Origin: Eledone cirrhosa
Taxonomy: Eukaryota
DNA length: 64,000 bases
Assembly: GCA_964016885.1 (NCBI GenBank)
Contig: OZ024743.1
Span: 270,258,001-270,322,000, forward strand
Direction of reading: 5' to 3'
In this document: positions 24,101 through 37,700 of the stretch, in pieces
Layout: the number at the start of each line of letters is the position of its first letter
Numbering within the stretch: the first letter of the stretch is position 1
Translations under genes and position numbers: made by a program
Notes under the pieces: generated by a model
The model's input: the letters and a program-made list of their open reading frames with translations, nothing else
The model's database searches: none
What the model was told of the DNA's origin: nothing

Positions 24101-27100
24101 AGTAGTGTTTGAGGTGGTGTTGATGTTAGTGGTGTTGGTAGTAGTGTTTGAGGTGGTGTTGATGTTAGTGGTATTGGTAGTAGTGTTTGAGGTGGTGTTG
24201 ATGTTAGTGGTGTTGGTAGTAGTGTTTGAGGAGGTGTTGATATTAGTGGTGTTGGTAGTAGTGTTTGAGGTGGTGTTGATGTTAGTGGTGTTGGTAGTAG
24301 TGTTTGAGGTGGTGTTGATGTTAGTGGTGTTGGTAGTAGTGTTTGAGGTGGTGTTGATGTTAGTGGTGTTGGTAGTAGTGTTTGAGGTGGTGTTGATGTT
24401 AGTGGTGTTGGTAGTAGTGTTTGAGGAGGTGTTGATGTTAGTGGTGTTGGTAGTAGTGTTTGAGGTGGTGTTGATGTTAGTGGTGTTGGTAGTAGTGTTT
24501 GAGGTGGTGTTGATATTAGTGGTGTTGGTAGTAGTGTTTGAGGTGGTGTTGATGTTACTGGTGTTGGTAGTAGTGTTTGAGGTGGTGTTGATGTTAGTGG
24601 TATTGGTAGTAGTGTTTGAGGTGGTGTTGATGTTAGTGGTGTTGGTAGTAGTGTTTGAGGTGGTGTTGATGTTACTGGTGTTGGTAGTAGTGTTTGAGGT
24701 GGTGTTGATGTTAGTGGTATTGGTAGTAGTGTTTGAGGTGGTGTTGATGTTAGTGGTATTGGTAGTAGTGTTTGAGGTGGTGTTGATGTTAGTGGTATTG
24801 GTAGTAGTGTTTGAGGTGGTGTTGATGTTTGTGGTGTTGGGGGTAGTGTTTGAGGTGGTGTTGATGTTAGTGGTGTTGGTAGTAGTGTTTGAGGTGGTGT
24901 TGATGTTAGTGGTATTGGTAGTAGTGTTTGAGGTGGTGTTGATGTTAGTGGTATTGGTAGTAGTGTTTGAGGTGGTGTTGATGTTTGTGGTGTTGGGGGT
25001 AGTGTTTGAGGTGGTGTTGATGTTAGTGGTGTTAGTAGTAGTGTTTGAGGTGGTGTTGATGTTAGTGGTGTTGGGGGTAGTGTTTGAGGTGGTGTTGATG
25101 TTAGTGGTTTTGGTAGTAGTGTCTGAGGTGGTGTTGATGTTAGTGGTGTTGGTATTAGTGTTTGAGGTGGTGTTGATGTTAGCGGTGTTGGTAGTAGTGT
25201 TTGAGGTGGTGTTGATGTTTGTGGTGTTGGGGGTAGTGTTTGAGGTGGTGTTGATGTTAGTGGTGTTGGTAGGAGTGTTTGAGGAGGTGTTGATGTTAGA
25301 GGTGTTGGTAGTAGTGTTTGAGGTGGTGTTGATGTTAGTGGTGTTGGTAGTAGTGTTTGAGGTGGTGTTGATGTTAGTGGTGTTGGTAGTAGTGTTTGAG
25401 GTGGTGTTGATGTTAGTGGTGTTGGTAGTAGTGTTTGAGGTAGTGTTGACATTAGTGGTGTTGGTAGTAGTGTTTGAGGTGGTGTTGATGTTAGTGGTAT
25501 TGGTAGTAGTGTTTGAGGTGGTGTTGATGTTAGTGGTGTTGATAGTAGTGTTTGAGGTGGTGTTGATGTTAGTGGTGTTGGTAGTAGTGTTTGAGGTGGT
25601 GTTGATGTTAGTGGTGTTGGTAGTAGTGTTTGAGGTGGTGTTGATGTTAGTGGTATTGGTAGTAGTGTTTGAGGTGGTGTTGATGTTAGTGGTGTTGATA
25701 GTAGTGTTTGAGGTGGTGTTGATGTTAGTGGTATTGGTAGTAGTGTTTGAGGTGGTGTTGATGTTAGTGGTGTTGGGGGTAGTGTTTGAGGTGATGTTGA
25801 TGTTAGTGCTGTTGGTAGTAGTGTCCGAGGTGGTGTTGGTGTTAGTGGTGTTGGTAGTAGTGCTTGAGGTGGTGTTGATGTTAGTGGTGTTGGTAGTAGT
25901 GTTTCAGGTGGTGTTGATGTTAGTGGTGTTGGTAGTAGTGTTTGAGGTGGTGTTGATGTTAGTGGCGTTGGTAGTAGTGTTTGAGGTGGTGTTGATGTTA
26001 GTGGTATTGGTAGTAGTGTTTGAGGAGGTGTTGATGTTAGTGGTGTTGGTAGTAGTGTTGGTAGTAGTGTCTGAGGTGGTGTTGATGTTAGTGGTGTTGG
26101 TAGTAGTGTTTGAGGTGGTGTTGATGTTAGCGGTGTTGGTAGTAGTGTTTGAGGTGGTGTTGATGTTTGTGGTGTTGGGGGTAGTGTTTGAGGTGGTGTT
26201 GATGTTAGTGGTGTTGGTAGGAGTGTTTGAGGAGGTGTTGATGTTAGAGGTGTTGGTAGTAGTGTTTGAGGTGGTGTTGATGTTAGTGGTGTTGGTAGTA
26301 GTGTTTGAGGTGGTGTTGATGTTAGTGGTGTTGGTAGTAGTGTTTGAGGTGGTGTTGACATTAGTGGTGTTGGTAGTAGTGTTTGAGGTGGTGTTGATGT
26401 TAGTGGTATTGGTAGTAGTGTTTGAGGTGGTGTTGATGTTAGTGGTGTTGTTAGTAGTGTTTGAGGTGGTGTTGATGTTAGTGGTATTGGTAGTAGTGTT
26501 TGAGGGGGTGTTGATGTTAGTGGTGTTGGTAGTAGTGTCCGAGGTGGTGTTGGTGTTAGTGGTGTTGGTAGTAGTGCTTGAGGTGGTGTTGATGTTAGTG
26601 GTGTTGGTAGTAGTGTTTCAGGTGGTGTTGATGTTAGTGGTGTTGGGGGTATTTTTTGAGGTGGTGTTGATGTTAGTGGTGTTGGTAGTAGTGTTTGAGG
26701 TGGTATTGATGTTAGTGGTATTGGTAGTAGTGTTTGAGGAGGTGTTGATGTTAGTGGTGTTGGTAGTAGTGTTTGAGGTGGTGTTGATGTTAGTGGTGTT
26801 GCTAGTAGTGTTTGAGGTGGTGTTGTTGTTACTGGTGTTGGTAGTAGTGTTTGAGGTGGTGTTGATGTTAGTGGTATTGGTAGTAGTGTTTGAGGTGGTG
26901 TTGATGTTAGTGGTGTTGGTAGTAGTGTTTGAGGAGGTGTTGATGTTAGTGGTGTTGGTAGTAGTGTTTGAGGTGGTGTTGATGTTAGTGGTATTGGTAG
27001 TAGTGTTTGAGGTGGTGTTGATGTTAGTGGTGTTGGTAGTAGTGTTTGAGGTGGTGTTGATGTTAGTGGTGTTGGTAGTAGTGTTTGAGGTGGTGTTGAT

Positions 27101-29010
27101 GTTAGTGGTATTGGTAGTAGTGTTTGAGGTGGTGTTGATGTTAGTGGTGTTGGTAGTAGTGTTTGAGGTGGTGTTGATGTTAGTGGTGTTGGTAGTAGTG
27201 TTTGAGGTGGTGTTGATGTTAGTGGTGTTGGTAGTATTGTTTGAGGTGGTGTTGATGTTAGTGGTATTGGTAGTAGTGTTAGAGGTAGTGTTGATGTTAG
27301 TGGTGTTGGTAGTAGTGTTTGGGGTGGTGTTGATGTTAGTGGTGTTGGTAGTAGTGTTTGAGGTGGTGTTGATGTTAGTGGTGTTGGTAGTAGTGTTTGA
27401 GGAGGTGTTGATGTTAGTGGTGTTGGCAGTAGTGTTTGAGGTGGTGTTGATGTTAGTGGTGTTGGTAGTAGTGTTTGAGGAGGTGTTGATGTTAGTGGTG
27501 TTGGTAGTAGTGTTTGAGGTGGTGTTGATGTTAGTGGTATTGGTAGTAGTGTTTGAGGTGGTGTTGATGTTAGTGGTGTTGGTAGTAGTGTTTGAGGAGG
27601 TGTTGATGTTAGTGGTGTTGGTAGTGGTGTTTGAGGTGGTGTTGATGTTAGTGGTGTTGGCAGTAGTGTTTGAGGTGGTGTTGATGTTAGTGGTGTTGGT
27701 AGTAGTGTTTGAGGTGGTGTTGATGTTAGTGGTGTTGGTAGTAGTGTTTGAGGAGGTGTTGATGTTAGTGGTGTTGGTAGTAGTGTTTGAGGTGGTGTTG
27801 ATGTTAGTGGTGTTGGCAGTAGTGTTTGTGGTGGTGTTGATGTTAGTGGTGTTGGTAGTAGTGTTTGAGGTGGTGTTGATGTTAGTGGTGTTGGCAGTAG
27901 TGTTTGAGGTGGTGTTGATGTTAGTGGTGTTGGTAGTAGTGTTTGAGATGGTGTTGATGTTAGTGGTGTTGGTAGTAGTGTTTGAGGTGGTGTTGATGTT
28001 AGTGGTGTTGGCAGTAGTGTTTGAGGTGGTGTTGATGTTAGTGGTGTTGGTAGTAGTGTTTGAGGTGGTGTTGATGTTAGTGGTGTTGGTAGTAGTGTTT
28101 GAGATGATGTTGATGTTAGTGGTGTTGGTAGTAGTGTTTGATGTGGTGTTGATGTTAGTGGTATTGGTAGTAGTGTTTGAGGTGGTGTTGATGTTAGTGG
28201 TGTTGATAGTAGTGTTTGAGGTGGTGTTGATGCTAGTGGTGTTGGGGGTAGTGTTTGAGGTGGTTTTGATGTCAGTGGTGTTGGTAGTAGTGTTTGAGGT
28301 GGTGCTGATGTTAGTGGTGTTGGGGGTAGTGTTTGAGAGGGTGTTGATGTTATTGGTATTGGTAGTAGTGTTTGAGGTGGTGTTGATGTTAGTGGTGTTA
28401 GTAGTAGTGTTTGAGGTGGTGTTGATGTTAGTGGTGTTGGGGGTAGTGTTTGAGGTGGTGTTGATGTTAGTGGTGTTGGCAGTAGTGTTTGAGGTGGTGT
28501 TGATGTTAGTGGTATTGGTAGTAGTGTTTGAGGTGGTGTTGATGTTAGTGGTGTTGATAGTAGTGTTTGAGGTGGTGTTGATGTTACTGGTGTTGGTAGT
28601 AGTGTTTGAGGTGGTGTTGATGTTAGTGGTATTGGTAGTAGTGTTTGAGGTGGTGTTGATGTTAGTGGTGTTGGTAGTAGTGTTTGAGGTGGTGTTGATG
28701 TTAGTGGTATTGGTAGTAGTGTTTGAGGTGGTGTTGATGTTAGTGGTGTTGGTAGTAGTGTTTGAGGAGGTGTTGATGTTAGTGTTGTTGGTAGTAGTGT
28801 TTGAGGTGGTGTTGATGTTAGAGGTGTTGGTAGTAGTGTTTGAGGTGGTGTTGATGTTAGTGGTGTTGGTAGTAGTGTTTGAGGTGGTGTTGATGTTAGT
28901 GGTGTTGGTAGTAGTGTTTGAGGTGGTGTTGATGTTAGTGGTGTTGGTAGTAGTGTTTGAGGTGGTGTTGATGTTAGTGGTGTTAGGGGTAGTGTTTGAG
29001 GGGGTGTTGA
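21139..29010 (-). other. Longest frameshift-free stretch. It has latent mucin-like coding potential (PTS-rich or Thr/Asn-rich 13-aa repeat) but is not supported as a real CDS.
   Basis: The minus frame PQTLLPTPLTSTP is open over several kb and the + frame is open 21165..29015. There is no signal peptide, non-repeat domain or recognisable exon boundary, and the Thr/Asn frame carries TGA stops here. Confidence 0.2.
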
Positions 29011-32000
29011 TTTAGTGGTGTTGGTAGTAGTGTCTGAGGTGGTGTTGGTGTTAGTGGTGTTGGTAGTAGTGCTTGAGGTGGTGTTGATGTTAGTGGTGTT
29101 GGTAGTAGTGTTTCAGGTGGTGTTGATGTTAGTGGTGTTGGGGGTAGTGTTTGAGGTGGTGTTGATGTTAGTGGTGTTGGTAGTAGTGTTTGAGGTGGTG
29201 GTGGAGTTTGTGGTGCTGGTAGTAGTGTTTGAGGTGGTGTTGATGTTAGTGGTGTTGGTAGTAGTGTTTGAGGAGGTGTTGATGTTAGTGGTGTTGGTAG
29301 TAGTGTTTGAGGTGCTGTTGATGTTAGTGGTATTGGTAGTAGTGTTTGAGGTGGTGTTGATGTTAGTGGTGTTGGTAGTAGTGTTTGAGGTGGTGGTGGT
29401 GTTAGTGGTGTTGGTAGTAGTGTTTGATGTGGTGTTGATGTTAGTGGTGTTGGTAGTACTGTTTGAGGTGGTATTGATGTTAGTGGTATTGGTAGTAGTG
29501 TTAGAGGTGGTGTTGATGTTAGTGGTGTTGGTAGTAGTGTTTGAGGTGGTGGTGGTGTTGGTGGTGTTGGTAGTAGTGTTTGATGTGGTGTTGATGTTAG
29601 TGGTGTTGGTAGTAGTGTTTGGGGTGGTATTGATGTTAGTGGTATTGGTAGTAGTGTTTGAGGAGGTGTTGATGTTAGTGGTGTTGGTAGTAGTGTTTGA
29701 TTCGGTGGTGGTGTTAGTGGTGTTGGTAGTAGTGTTTGAGGTGGTATTGATGTTAGTGGTATTGGTAGTAGTGTTTGAGGTGGTGTTGATGTTAGTGGTG
29801 TTGGTAGTAGTGTTTGAGGTGGTGGTGGTGTTAGTGGTGTTGGTAGTAGTGTTTGATGTGGTGTTGATGTTAGTGGTGTTGGTAGTAGTGTTTGAGGTGG
29901 TGTTGATGTTAGTGGTGTTGGTAGTAGTGTTTGAGGTGGTGTTGATGTTACTGGTGTTGGTAGTAGTGTTTGAGGTGGTGTTGATGTTAGTGGTATTGGT
30001 AGTAGTGTTTGAGGTGGTGTTGATGTTAGTGGTGTTGGTAGTAGTGTTTGAGGAGGTGTTGATGTTAGTGGTGTTGGTAGTAGTGTTTGAGGTGGTGTTG
30101 ATGTTAGTGGTATTGGTAGTAGTGTTTGAGGTGGTGTTGATGTTAGTGGTGTTGGTAGTAGTGTTTGAGGTGGTGTTGATGTTAGTGGTATTGGTAGTAG
30201 TGTTTGAGGTGGTGTTGATGTTAGTGGTGTTGGTAGTAGTGTTTGAGGTGGTGTTGATGTTAGTGGTGTTGGTAGTAGTGTTTCAGGTGGTGTTGATGTT
30301 AGTGGTGTTGGTAGTAGTGTTTGAGGTGGTGTTGATGTTAGAGGTGTTGGTAGTAGTGTTTGAAGTGGTGTTGATGTTTGTGGTGTTGGTAGTAGTGTTT
30401 GAGGAGGTGTTGATGTTAGTGGTGTTGGCAGTAGTGTTTGAGGTGGTGTTGATGTTAGCGGTATTGGTAGTAGTGTTTGAGGTGGTGTTGATGTTAGTGG
30501 TGTTGGTAGTAGTGTTTGAGGTGGTGTTGATGTTAGCGGTGTTGGTAGTAGTGATTGAGGTGGTGTTGATGTTTCTGGTGTTGGGGGTAGTGTTTGAGGT
30601 GGTGTTGATGTTAGTGGTGTTGGTAGTAGTGTTTGAGGTGGTGTTGATGTTTGTGGTGTTGGTAGTAGTGTTTGAGGAGGTGTTGATGTTAGTGGTGTTG
30701 GTAGTAGTGTTTGAGGTGGTGTTGATGTTAGTGGTGTTGGTAGTAGTGTTTGAGGTGGTGTTGATGTTACTGGTGTTGGTAGTAGTGTTTGAGGTGGTGT
30801 TGATGTTAGTGGTATTGGTAGTAGTGTTTCAGGTGGTGTTGATGTTAGTGGTGTTGGCAGTAGTGTTTGAGGTGGTGTTGATGTTAGTGGTGTTGGTAGT
30901 AGTGTTTGAGGTGGTGTTGATGTTAGTGGTGTTGGTAGTAGTGTTTGAGGTGGTGTTGATGTTAGTGGTGTTGGTAGTAGTGTTTGAGGTGGTGTTGATG
31001 TTAGTGGTACTGGTAGTAGTGTTTGAGGTGGTGTTGATGTTAGTGGTATTGGGGTAGTGTTTGGAGTGGTGTTGATGTTAGTGGTGTTGGTAGTAGTGTT
31101 TGAGGTGGTGTTGATGTTAGTGGTATTGGTAGTAGTGTTTGAGGTGGTGTTGATGTTAGCGGTGTTGGTAGTAGTGTTTGAGGTGGTGTTGATGTTTGTG
31201 GTGTTGGGGGTAGTGTTTGAGGTGGTGTTGATGTTAGTGGTGTTGGTAGTAGTGTTTGAGGTGGTGTTGATGTTAGTGGTGTTGGTAGTAGTGTTTGAGG
31301 TGGTGTTGATGCTAGTGGTGTTGGGGGTAGTGTTTGAGTTGGTGTTAATGTTAGCGGTGTTGGTAGTAGTGTTTGAGGTGGTGTTGATGTTAGCGGTGTT
31401 GGCAGTAGTGTTTGGGGTGGTGTTGATGTTAGTGGTGTTGGCAGTAGTGTTTGGGGTGGTGTTGATGTTAGTGGTGTTGGGGGTAGTGTTTGAGGTGGTG
31501 TTGATGTTAGTGGTGTTGGTAGTAGTGTTTGAGGTGGTGTTGATGTTAGTGGTGTTGGGGGTAGTGTTTGAGGTGGTGTTGATGTTAGTGGTGTTGGCAG
31601 TAGTGTTTGAGGTGGTGTTGATGTTAGTGGTATTGGTAGTAGTGTTTGAGGTGGTGTTGATGTTAGTGGTGTTGATAGTAGTGTTTGAGGTGGTGTTGAT
31701 GTTACTGGTGTTGGTAGTAGTGTTTGAGGTGGTGTTGATGTTAGTGGTATTGGTAGTAGTGTTTGAGGTGGTGTTGATGTTAGTGGTGTTGGTAGTAGTG
31801 TTTGAGGTGGTGTTGATGTTAGTGGTATTGGTAGTAGTGTTTGAGGTGGTGTTGATGTTAGTGGTGTTGGTAGTAGTGTTTGAGGAGGTGTTGATGTTAG
31901 TGTTGTTGGTAGTAGTGTTTGAGGTGGTGTTGATGTTAGAGGTGTTGGTAGTAGTGTTTGAGTTGGTGTTGATGTTAGTGGTGTTGGTAGTAGTGTTTGA

Positions 32001-34600
32001 GGTGGTGTTGATGTTAGTGGTGTTGGTAGTAGTGTTTGAGGTGGTGTTGATGTTAGTGGTGTTGGTAGTAGTGTTTGAGGTGGTGTTGATGTTAGTGGTG
32101 TTAGGGGTAGTGTTTGAGGGGGTGTTGATTTAGTGGTGTTGGTAGTAGTGTCTGAGGTGGTGTTGGTGTTAGTGGTGTTGGTAGTAGTGCTTGAGGTGGT
32201 GTTGATGTTAGTGGTGTTGGTAGTAGTGTTTCAGGTGGTGTTGATGTTAGTGGTGTTGGGGGTAGTGTTTGAGGTGGTGTTGATGTTAGTGGTGTTGGTA
32301 GTAGTGTTTGAGGTGGTGGTGGAGTTTGTGGTGCTGGTAGTAGTGTTTGAGGTGGTGTTGATGTTAGTGGTGTTGGTAGTAGTGTTTGAGGAGGTGTTGA
32401 TGTTAGTGGTGTTGGTAGTAGTGTTTGAGGTGCTGTTGATGTTAGTGGTATTGGTAGTAGTGTTTGAGGTGGTGTTGATGTTAGTGGTGTTGGTAGTAGT
32501 GTTTGAGGTGGTGGTGGTGTTAGTGGTGTTGGTAGTAGTGTTTGATGTGGTGTTGATGTTAGTGGTGTTGGTAGTACTGTTTGAGGTGGTATTGATGTTA
32601 GTGGTATTGGTAGTAGTGTTAGAGGTGGTGTTGATGTTAGTGGTGTTGGTAGTAGTGTTTGAGGTGGTGGTGGTGTTGGTGGTGTTGGTAGTAGTGTTTG
32701 ATGTGGTGTTGATGTTAGTGGTGTTGGTAGTAGTGTTTGGGGTGGTATTGATGTTAGTGGTATTGGTAGTAGTGTTTGAGGAGGTGTTGATGTTAGTGGT
32801 GTTGGTAGTAGTGTTTGAGGTGGTGTTGATGTTAGTGGTGTTGGTAGTAGTGTTTGAGGTGGTGGTGGTGTTAGTGGTGTTGGTAGTAGTGTTTGATGTG
32901 GTGTTGATGTTAGTGGTGTTGGTAGTAGTGTTTGAGGTGGTGTTGATGTTAGTGGTGTTGGTAGTAGTGTTTGAGGTGGTGTTGATGTTACTGGTGTTGG
33001 TAGTAGTGTTTGAGGTGGTGTTGATGTTAGTGGTATTGGTAGTAGTGTTTGAGGTGGTGTTGATGTTAGTGGTGTTGGTAGTAGTGTTTGAGGAGGTGTT
33101 GATGTTAGTGGTGTTGGTAGTAGTGTTTGAGGTGGTGTTGATGTTAGTGGTATTGGTAGTAGTGTTTGAGGTGGTGTTGATGTTAGTGGTGTTGGTAGTA
33201 GTGTTTGAGGTGGTGTTGATGTTAGTGGTATTGGTAGTAGTGTTTGAGGTGGTGTTGATGTTAGTGGTGTTGGTAGTAGTGTTTGAGGTGGTGTTGATGT
33301 TAGTGGTGTTGGTAGTAGTGTTTCAGGTGGTGTTGATGTTAGTGGTGTTGGTAGTAGTGTTTGAGGTGGTGTTGATGTTAGAGGTGTTGGTAGTAGTGTT
33401 TGAAGTGGTGTTGATGTTTGTGGTGTTGGTAGTAGTGTTTGAGGAGGTGTTGATGTTAGTGGTGTTGGCAGTAGTGTTTGAGGTGGTGTTGATGTTAGCG
33501 GTATTGGTAGTAGTGTTTGAGGTGGTGTTGATGTTAGTGGTGTTGGTAGTAGTGTTTGAGGTGGTGTTGATGTTAGCGGTGTTGGTAGTAGTGATTGAGG
33601 TGGTGTTGATGTTTCTGGTGTTGGGGGTAGTGTTTGAGGTGGTGTTGATGTTAGTGGTGTTGGTAGTAGTGTTTGAGGTGGTGTTGATGTTTGTGGTGTT
33701 GGTAGTAGTGTTTGAGGAGGTGTTGATGTTAGTGGTGTTGGTAGTAGTGTTTGAGGTGGTGTTGATGTTAGTGGTGTTGGTAGTAGTGTTTGAGGTGGTG
33801 TTGATGTTACTGGTGTTGGTAGTAGTGTTTGAGGTGGTGTTGATGTTAGTGGTATTGGTAGTAGTGTTTCAGGTGGTGTTGATGTTAGTGGTGTTGGCAG
33901 TAGTGTTTGAGGTGGTGTTGATGTTAGTGGTGTTGGTAGTAGTGTTTGAGGTGGTGTTGATGTTAGTGGTGTTGGTAGTAGTGTTTGAGGTGGTGTTGAT
34001 GTTAGTGGTGTTGGTAGTAGTGTTTGAGGTGGTGTTGATGTTAGTGGTACTGGTAGTAGTGTTTGAGGTGGTGTTGATGTTAGTGGTATTGGGGTAGTGT
34101 TTGGAGTGGTGTTGATGTTAGTGGTGTTGGTAGTAGTGTTTGAGGTGGTGTTGATGTTAGTGGTATTGGTAGTAGTGTTTGAGGTGGTGTTGATGTTAGC
34201 GGTGTTGGTAGTAGTGTTTGAGGTGGTGTTGATGTTTGTGGTGTTGGGGGTAGTGTTTGAGGTGGTGTTGATGTTAGTGGTGTTGGTAGTAGTGTTTGAG
34301 GTGGTGTTGATGTTAGTGGTGTTGGTAGTAGTGTTTGAGGTGGTGTTGATGCTAGTGGTGTTGGGGGTAGTGTTTGAGTTGGTGTTAATGTTAGCGGTGT
34401 TGGTAGTAGTGTTTGAGGTGGTGTTGATGTTAGCGGTGTTGGCAGTAGTGTTTGGGGTGGTGTTGATGTTAGTGGTGTTGGCAGTAGTGTTTGGGGTGGT
34501 GTTGATGTTAGTGGTGTTGGGGGTAGTGTTTGAGGTGGTGTTGATGTTAGTGGTGTTGGTAGTAGTGTTTGAGGTGGTGTTGATGTTAGTGGTGTTGGGG
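28430..34600 (+). repeat. Higher-order tandem duplication, unit about 3.04-3.12 kb (about 78-80 monomers)
   Basis: Rare variants are shared in order: the TTGATTTAGT 1-bp deletion (about 29010/32128), GTGGAGTTTGTGGTGCTGG (29201/32319) and GTGATTGAGG (30551/33591). The offset drops from 3118 to 3040 (two monomers lost). ORFs 29015 and 32133 are near-identical. Confidence 0.9.
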
Positions 34601-34762
34601 GTAGTGTTTGAGGTGGTGTTGATGTTAGTGGTGTTGGTAGTAGTGTCTGAGGTGGTGTTGATGTTAGTGGTGTTGGTAGTAGTGTTTGAGGTGGTGTTGA
34701 TGTTAGTGGTGTTGGTAGTAGTGTTTGAGGTGGTGTTGATGCTAGTGGTGTTGGGGGTAGTG

Positions 34763-37700
34763 TTTGAGTTGGTGTTAATGTTAGCGGTGTTGGTAGTAGT
34801 GTTTGAGGTGGTGTTGATGTTAGCGGTGTTGATAGTAGTGTTTGAGGAGGTGTTGATGTTAGTGGTGTTGGTAGTAGTGTTTGAGGTGGTGTTGATGTTA
34901 GTGGTATTGGTAGTAGTGTTTGAGGTGGTGTTGATGTTAGTGGTGTTGGTAGTAGTGTTTGAGGTGGTGGTGGTGTTAGTGGTGTTGGTAGTAGTGTTTG
35001 ATGTGGTGTTGATGTTAGTGGTGTTGGTAGTAGTGTTTGAGGTGGTATTGATGTTAGTGGTATTGGTAGTAGTGTTAGAGGTGGTGTTGATGTTAGTGGT
35101 GTTGGTAGTATTGTTTGAGGTGGTGGTGGTGTTAGTGGTGTTGGTAGTAGTGTTTGATGTGGTGTTGATGTTAGTGGTGTTGGTAGTAGTGTTTGAGGTG
35201 GTATTGATGTTAGTGGTATTGGTAGTAGTGTTTGAGGAGGTGTTGATGTTAGTGGTGTTGGTAGTAGTGTTTGAGGTGGTGGTGGTGTTAGTGGTGTTGG
35301 TAGTAGTGTTTGATGTGGTGTTGATGTTAGTGGTGTTGGTAGTAGTGTTTGAGGTGGTATTGATGTTAGTGGTATTGGTAGTAGTGTTTGAGGTGGTGTT
35401 GATGTTAGTGGTGTTGGTAGTAGTGTTTGAGGTGGTGGTGGTGTTAGTGGTGTTGGTAGTAGTGTTTGATGTGGTGTTGATGTTAGTGGTGTTGGTAGTA
35501 GTGTTTGATGTGGTGTTGATGTTAGTGGTGTTGGTAGTAGTGTTTGATGTGGTGTTGATGTTAGTGGTGTTGGTAGTAGTGTTTGAGGTGGTGTTGATGT
35601 TAGTGGTGTTGGTAGTAGTGTTTGAGGAGGTGTTGATGTTAGTGGTGTTGGTAGTAGTGTTTGAGGTGGTGTTGATGTTAGTGGTATTGGTAGTAGTGTT
35701 TGAGGTGGTGTTGATGTTAGTGGTGTTGGTAGTAGTGTTTGAGGTGGTGTTGATGTTAGTGGTATTGGTAGTAGTGTTTGAGGTGGTGTTGATGTTAGTG
35801 GTGTTGGTAGTAGTGTTTGAGGAGGTGTTGATGTTAGTGGTGTTGGTAGTAGTGTTTGAGGTGGTGTTGATGTTAGAGGTGTTGGTAGTAGTGTTTGAGG
35901 TGGTGTTGATGTTAGTGGTGTTGGTAGTAGTGTTTGAGGTGGTGTTGATGTTAGTGGTGTTGGTAGTAGTGTTTGAGGTGGTGTTGATGTTAGTGGTGTT
36001 GGTAGTAGTGTTTGAGGTGGTGTTGATGTTAGTGGTGTTGGTAGTAGTGTTTCAGGTGGTGTTGATGTTAGTGGTGTTGGTAGTAGTGTTTGAGGTGGTG
36101 TTGATGTTAGAGGTGTTGGTAGTAGTGTTTGAAGTGGTGTTGATGTTTGTGGTGTTGGTAGTAGTGTTTGAGGAGGTGTTGATGTTAGTGGTGTTGGCAG
36201 TAGTGTTTGAGGTGGTGTTGATGTTAGTGGTATTGGTAGTAGTGTTTGAGGTGGTGTTGATGTTAGTGGTGTTGGTAGTAGTGTTTGAGGTGGTGTTGAT
36301 GTTAGCGGTGTTGCTAGTAGTGTTTGAGGTGGTGTTGATGTTTCTGGTGTTGGGGGTAGTGTTTGAGGTGGTGTTGATGTTAGTGGTGTTGGTAGTAGTG
36401 TTTGAGGTGGTGTTGATGTTTGTGGTGTTGGTAGTAGTGTTTGAGGAGGTGTTGATGTTAGTGGTGTTGGTAGTAGTGTTTGAGGTGGTGTTGATGTTAG
36501 TGGTGTTGGTAGTAGTCTTTGAGTTGGTGTTAATGTTAGCGGTGTTGGTAGTAGTGTTTGAGGTGGTGTTGATGTTAGCGGTGTTGATAGTAGTGTTTGA
36601 GGAGGTGTTGATGTTAGTGGTGTTGGTAGTAGTGTTTGAGGTGGTGTTGATGTTAGTGGTATTGGTAGTAGTGTTTGAGGTGGTGTTGATGTTAGTGGTG
36701 TTGGTAGTAGTGTTTGAGGTGGTGGTGGTGTTAGTGGTGTTGGTAGTAGTGTTTGATGTGGTGTTGATGTTAGTGGTGTTGGTAGTAGTGTTTGAGGTGG
36801 TATTGATGTTAGTGGTATTGGTAGTAGTGTTAGAGGTGGTGTTGATGTTAGTGGTGTTGGTAGTATTGTTTGAGGTGGTGGTGGTGTTAGTGGTGTTGGT
36901 AGTAGTGTTTGATGTGGTGTTGATGTTAGTGGTGTTGGTAGTAGTGTTTGAGGTGGTATTGATGTTAGTGGTATTGGTAGTAGTGTTTGAGGAGGTGTTG
37001 ATGTTAGTGGTGTTGGTAGTAGTGTTTGAGGTGGTGGTGGTGTTAGTGGTGTTGGTAGTAGTGTTTGATGTGGTGTTGATGTTAGTGGTGTTGGTAGTAG
37101 TGTTTGAGGTGGTATTGATGTTAGTGGTATTGGTAGTAGTGTTTGAGGTGGTGTTGATGTTAGTGGTGTTGGTAGTAGTGTTTGAGGTGGTGGTGGTGTT
37201 AGTGGTGTTGGTAGTAGTGTTTGATGTGGTGTTGATGTTAGTGGTGTTGGTAGTAGTGTTTGATGTGGTGTTGATGTTAGTGGTGTTGGTAGTAGTGTTT
37301 GATGTGGTGTTGATGTTAGTGGTGTTGGTAGTAGTGTTTGAGGTGGTGTTGATGTTAGTGGTGTTGGTAGTAGTGTTTGAGGAGGTGTTGATGTTAGTGG
37401 TGTTGGTAGTAGTGTTTGAGGTGGTGTTGATGTTAGTGGTATTGGTAGTAGTGTTTGAGGTGGTGTTGATGTTAGTGGTGTTGGTAGTAGTGTTTGAGGT
37501 GGTGTTGATGTTAGTGGTATTGGTAGTAGTGTTTGAGGTGGTGTTGATGTTAGTGGTGTTGGTAGTAGTGTTTGAGGAGGTGTTGATGTTAGTGGTGTTG
37601 GTAGTAGTGTTTGAGGTGGTGTTGATGTTAGAGGTGTTGGTAGTAGTGTTTGAGGTGGTGTTGATGTTAGTGGTGTTGGTAGTAGTGTTTGAGGTGGTGT

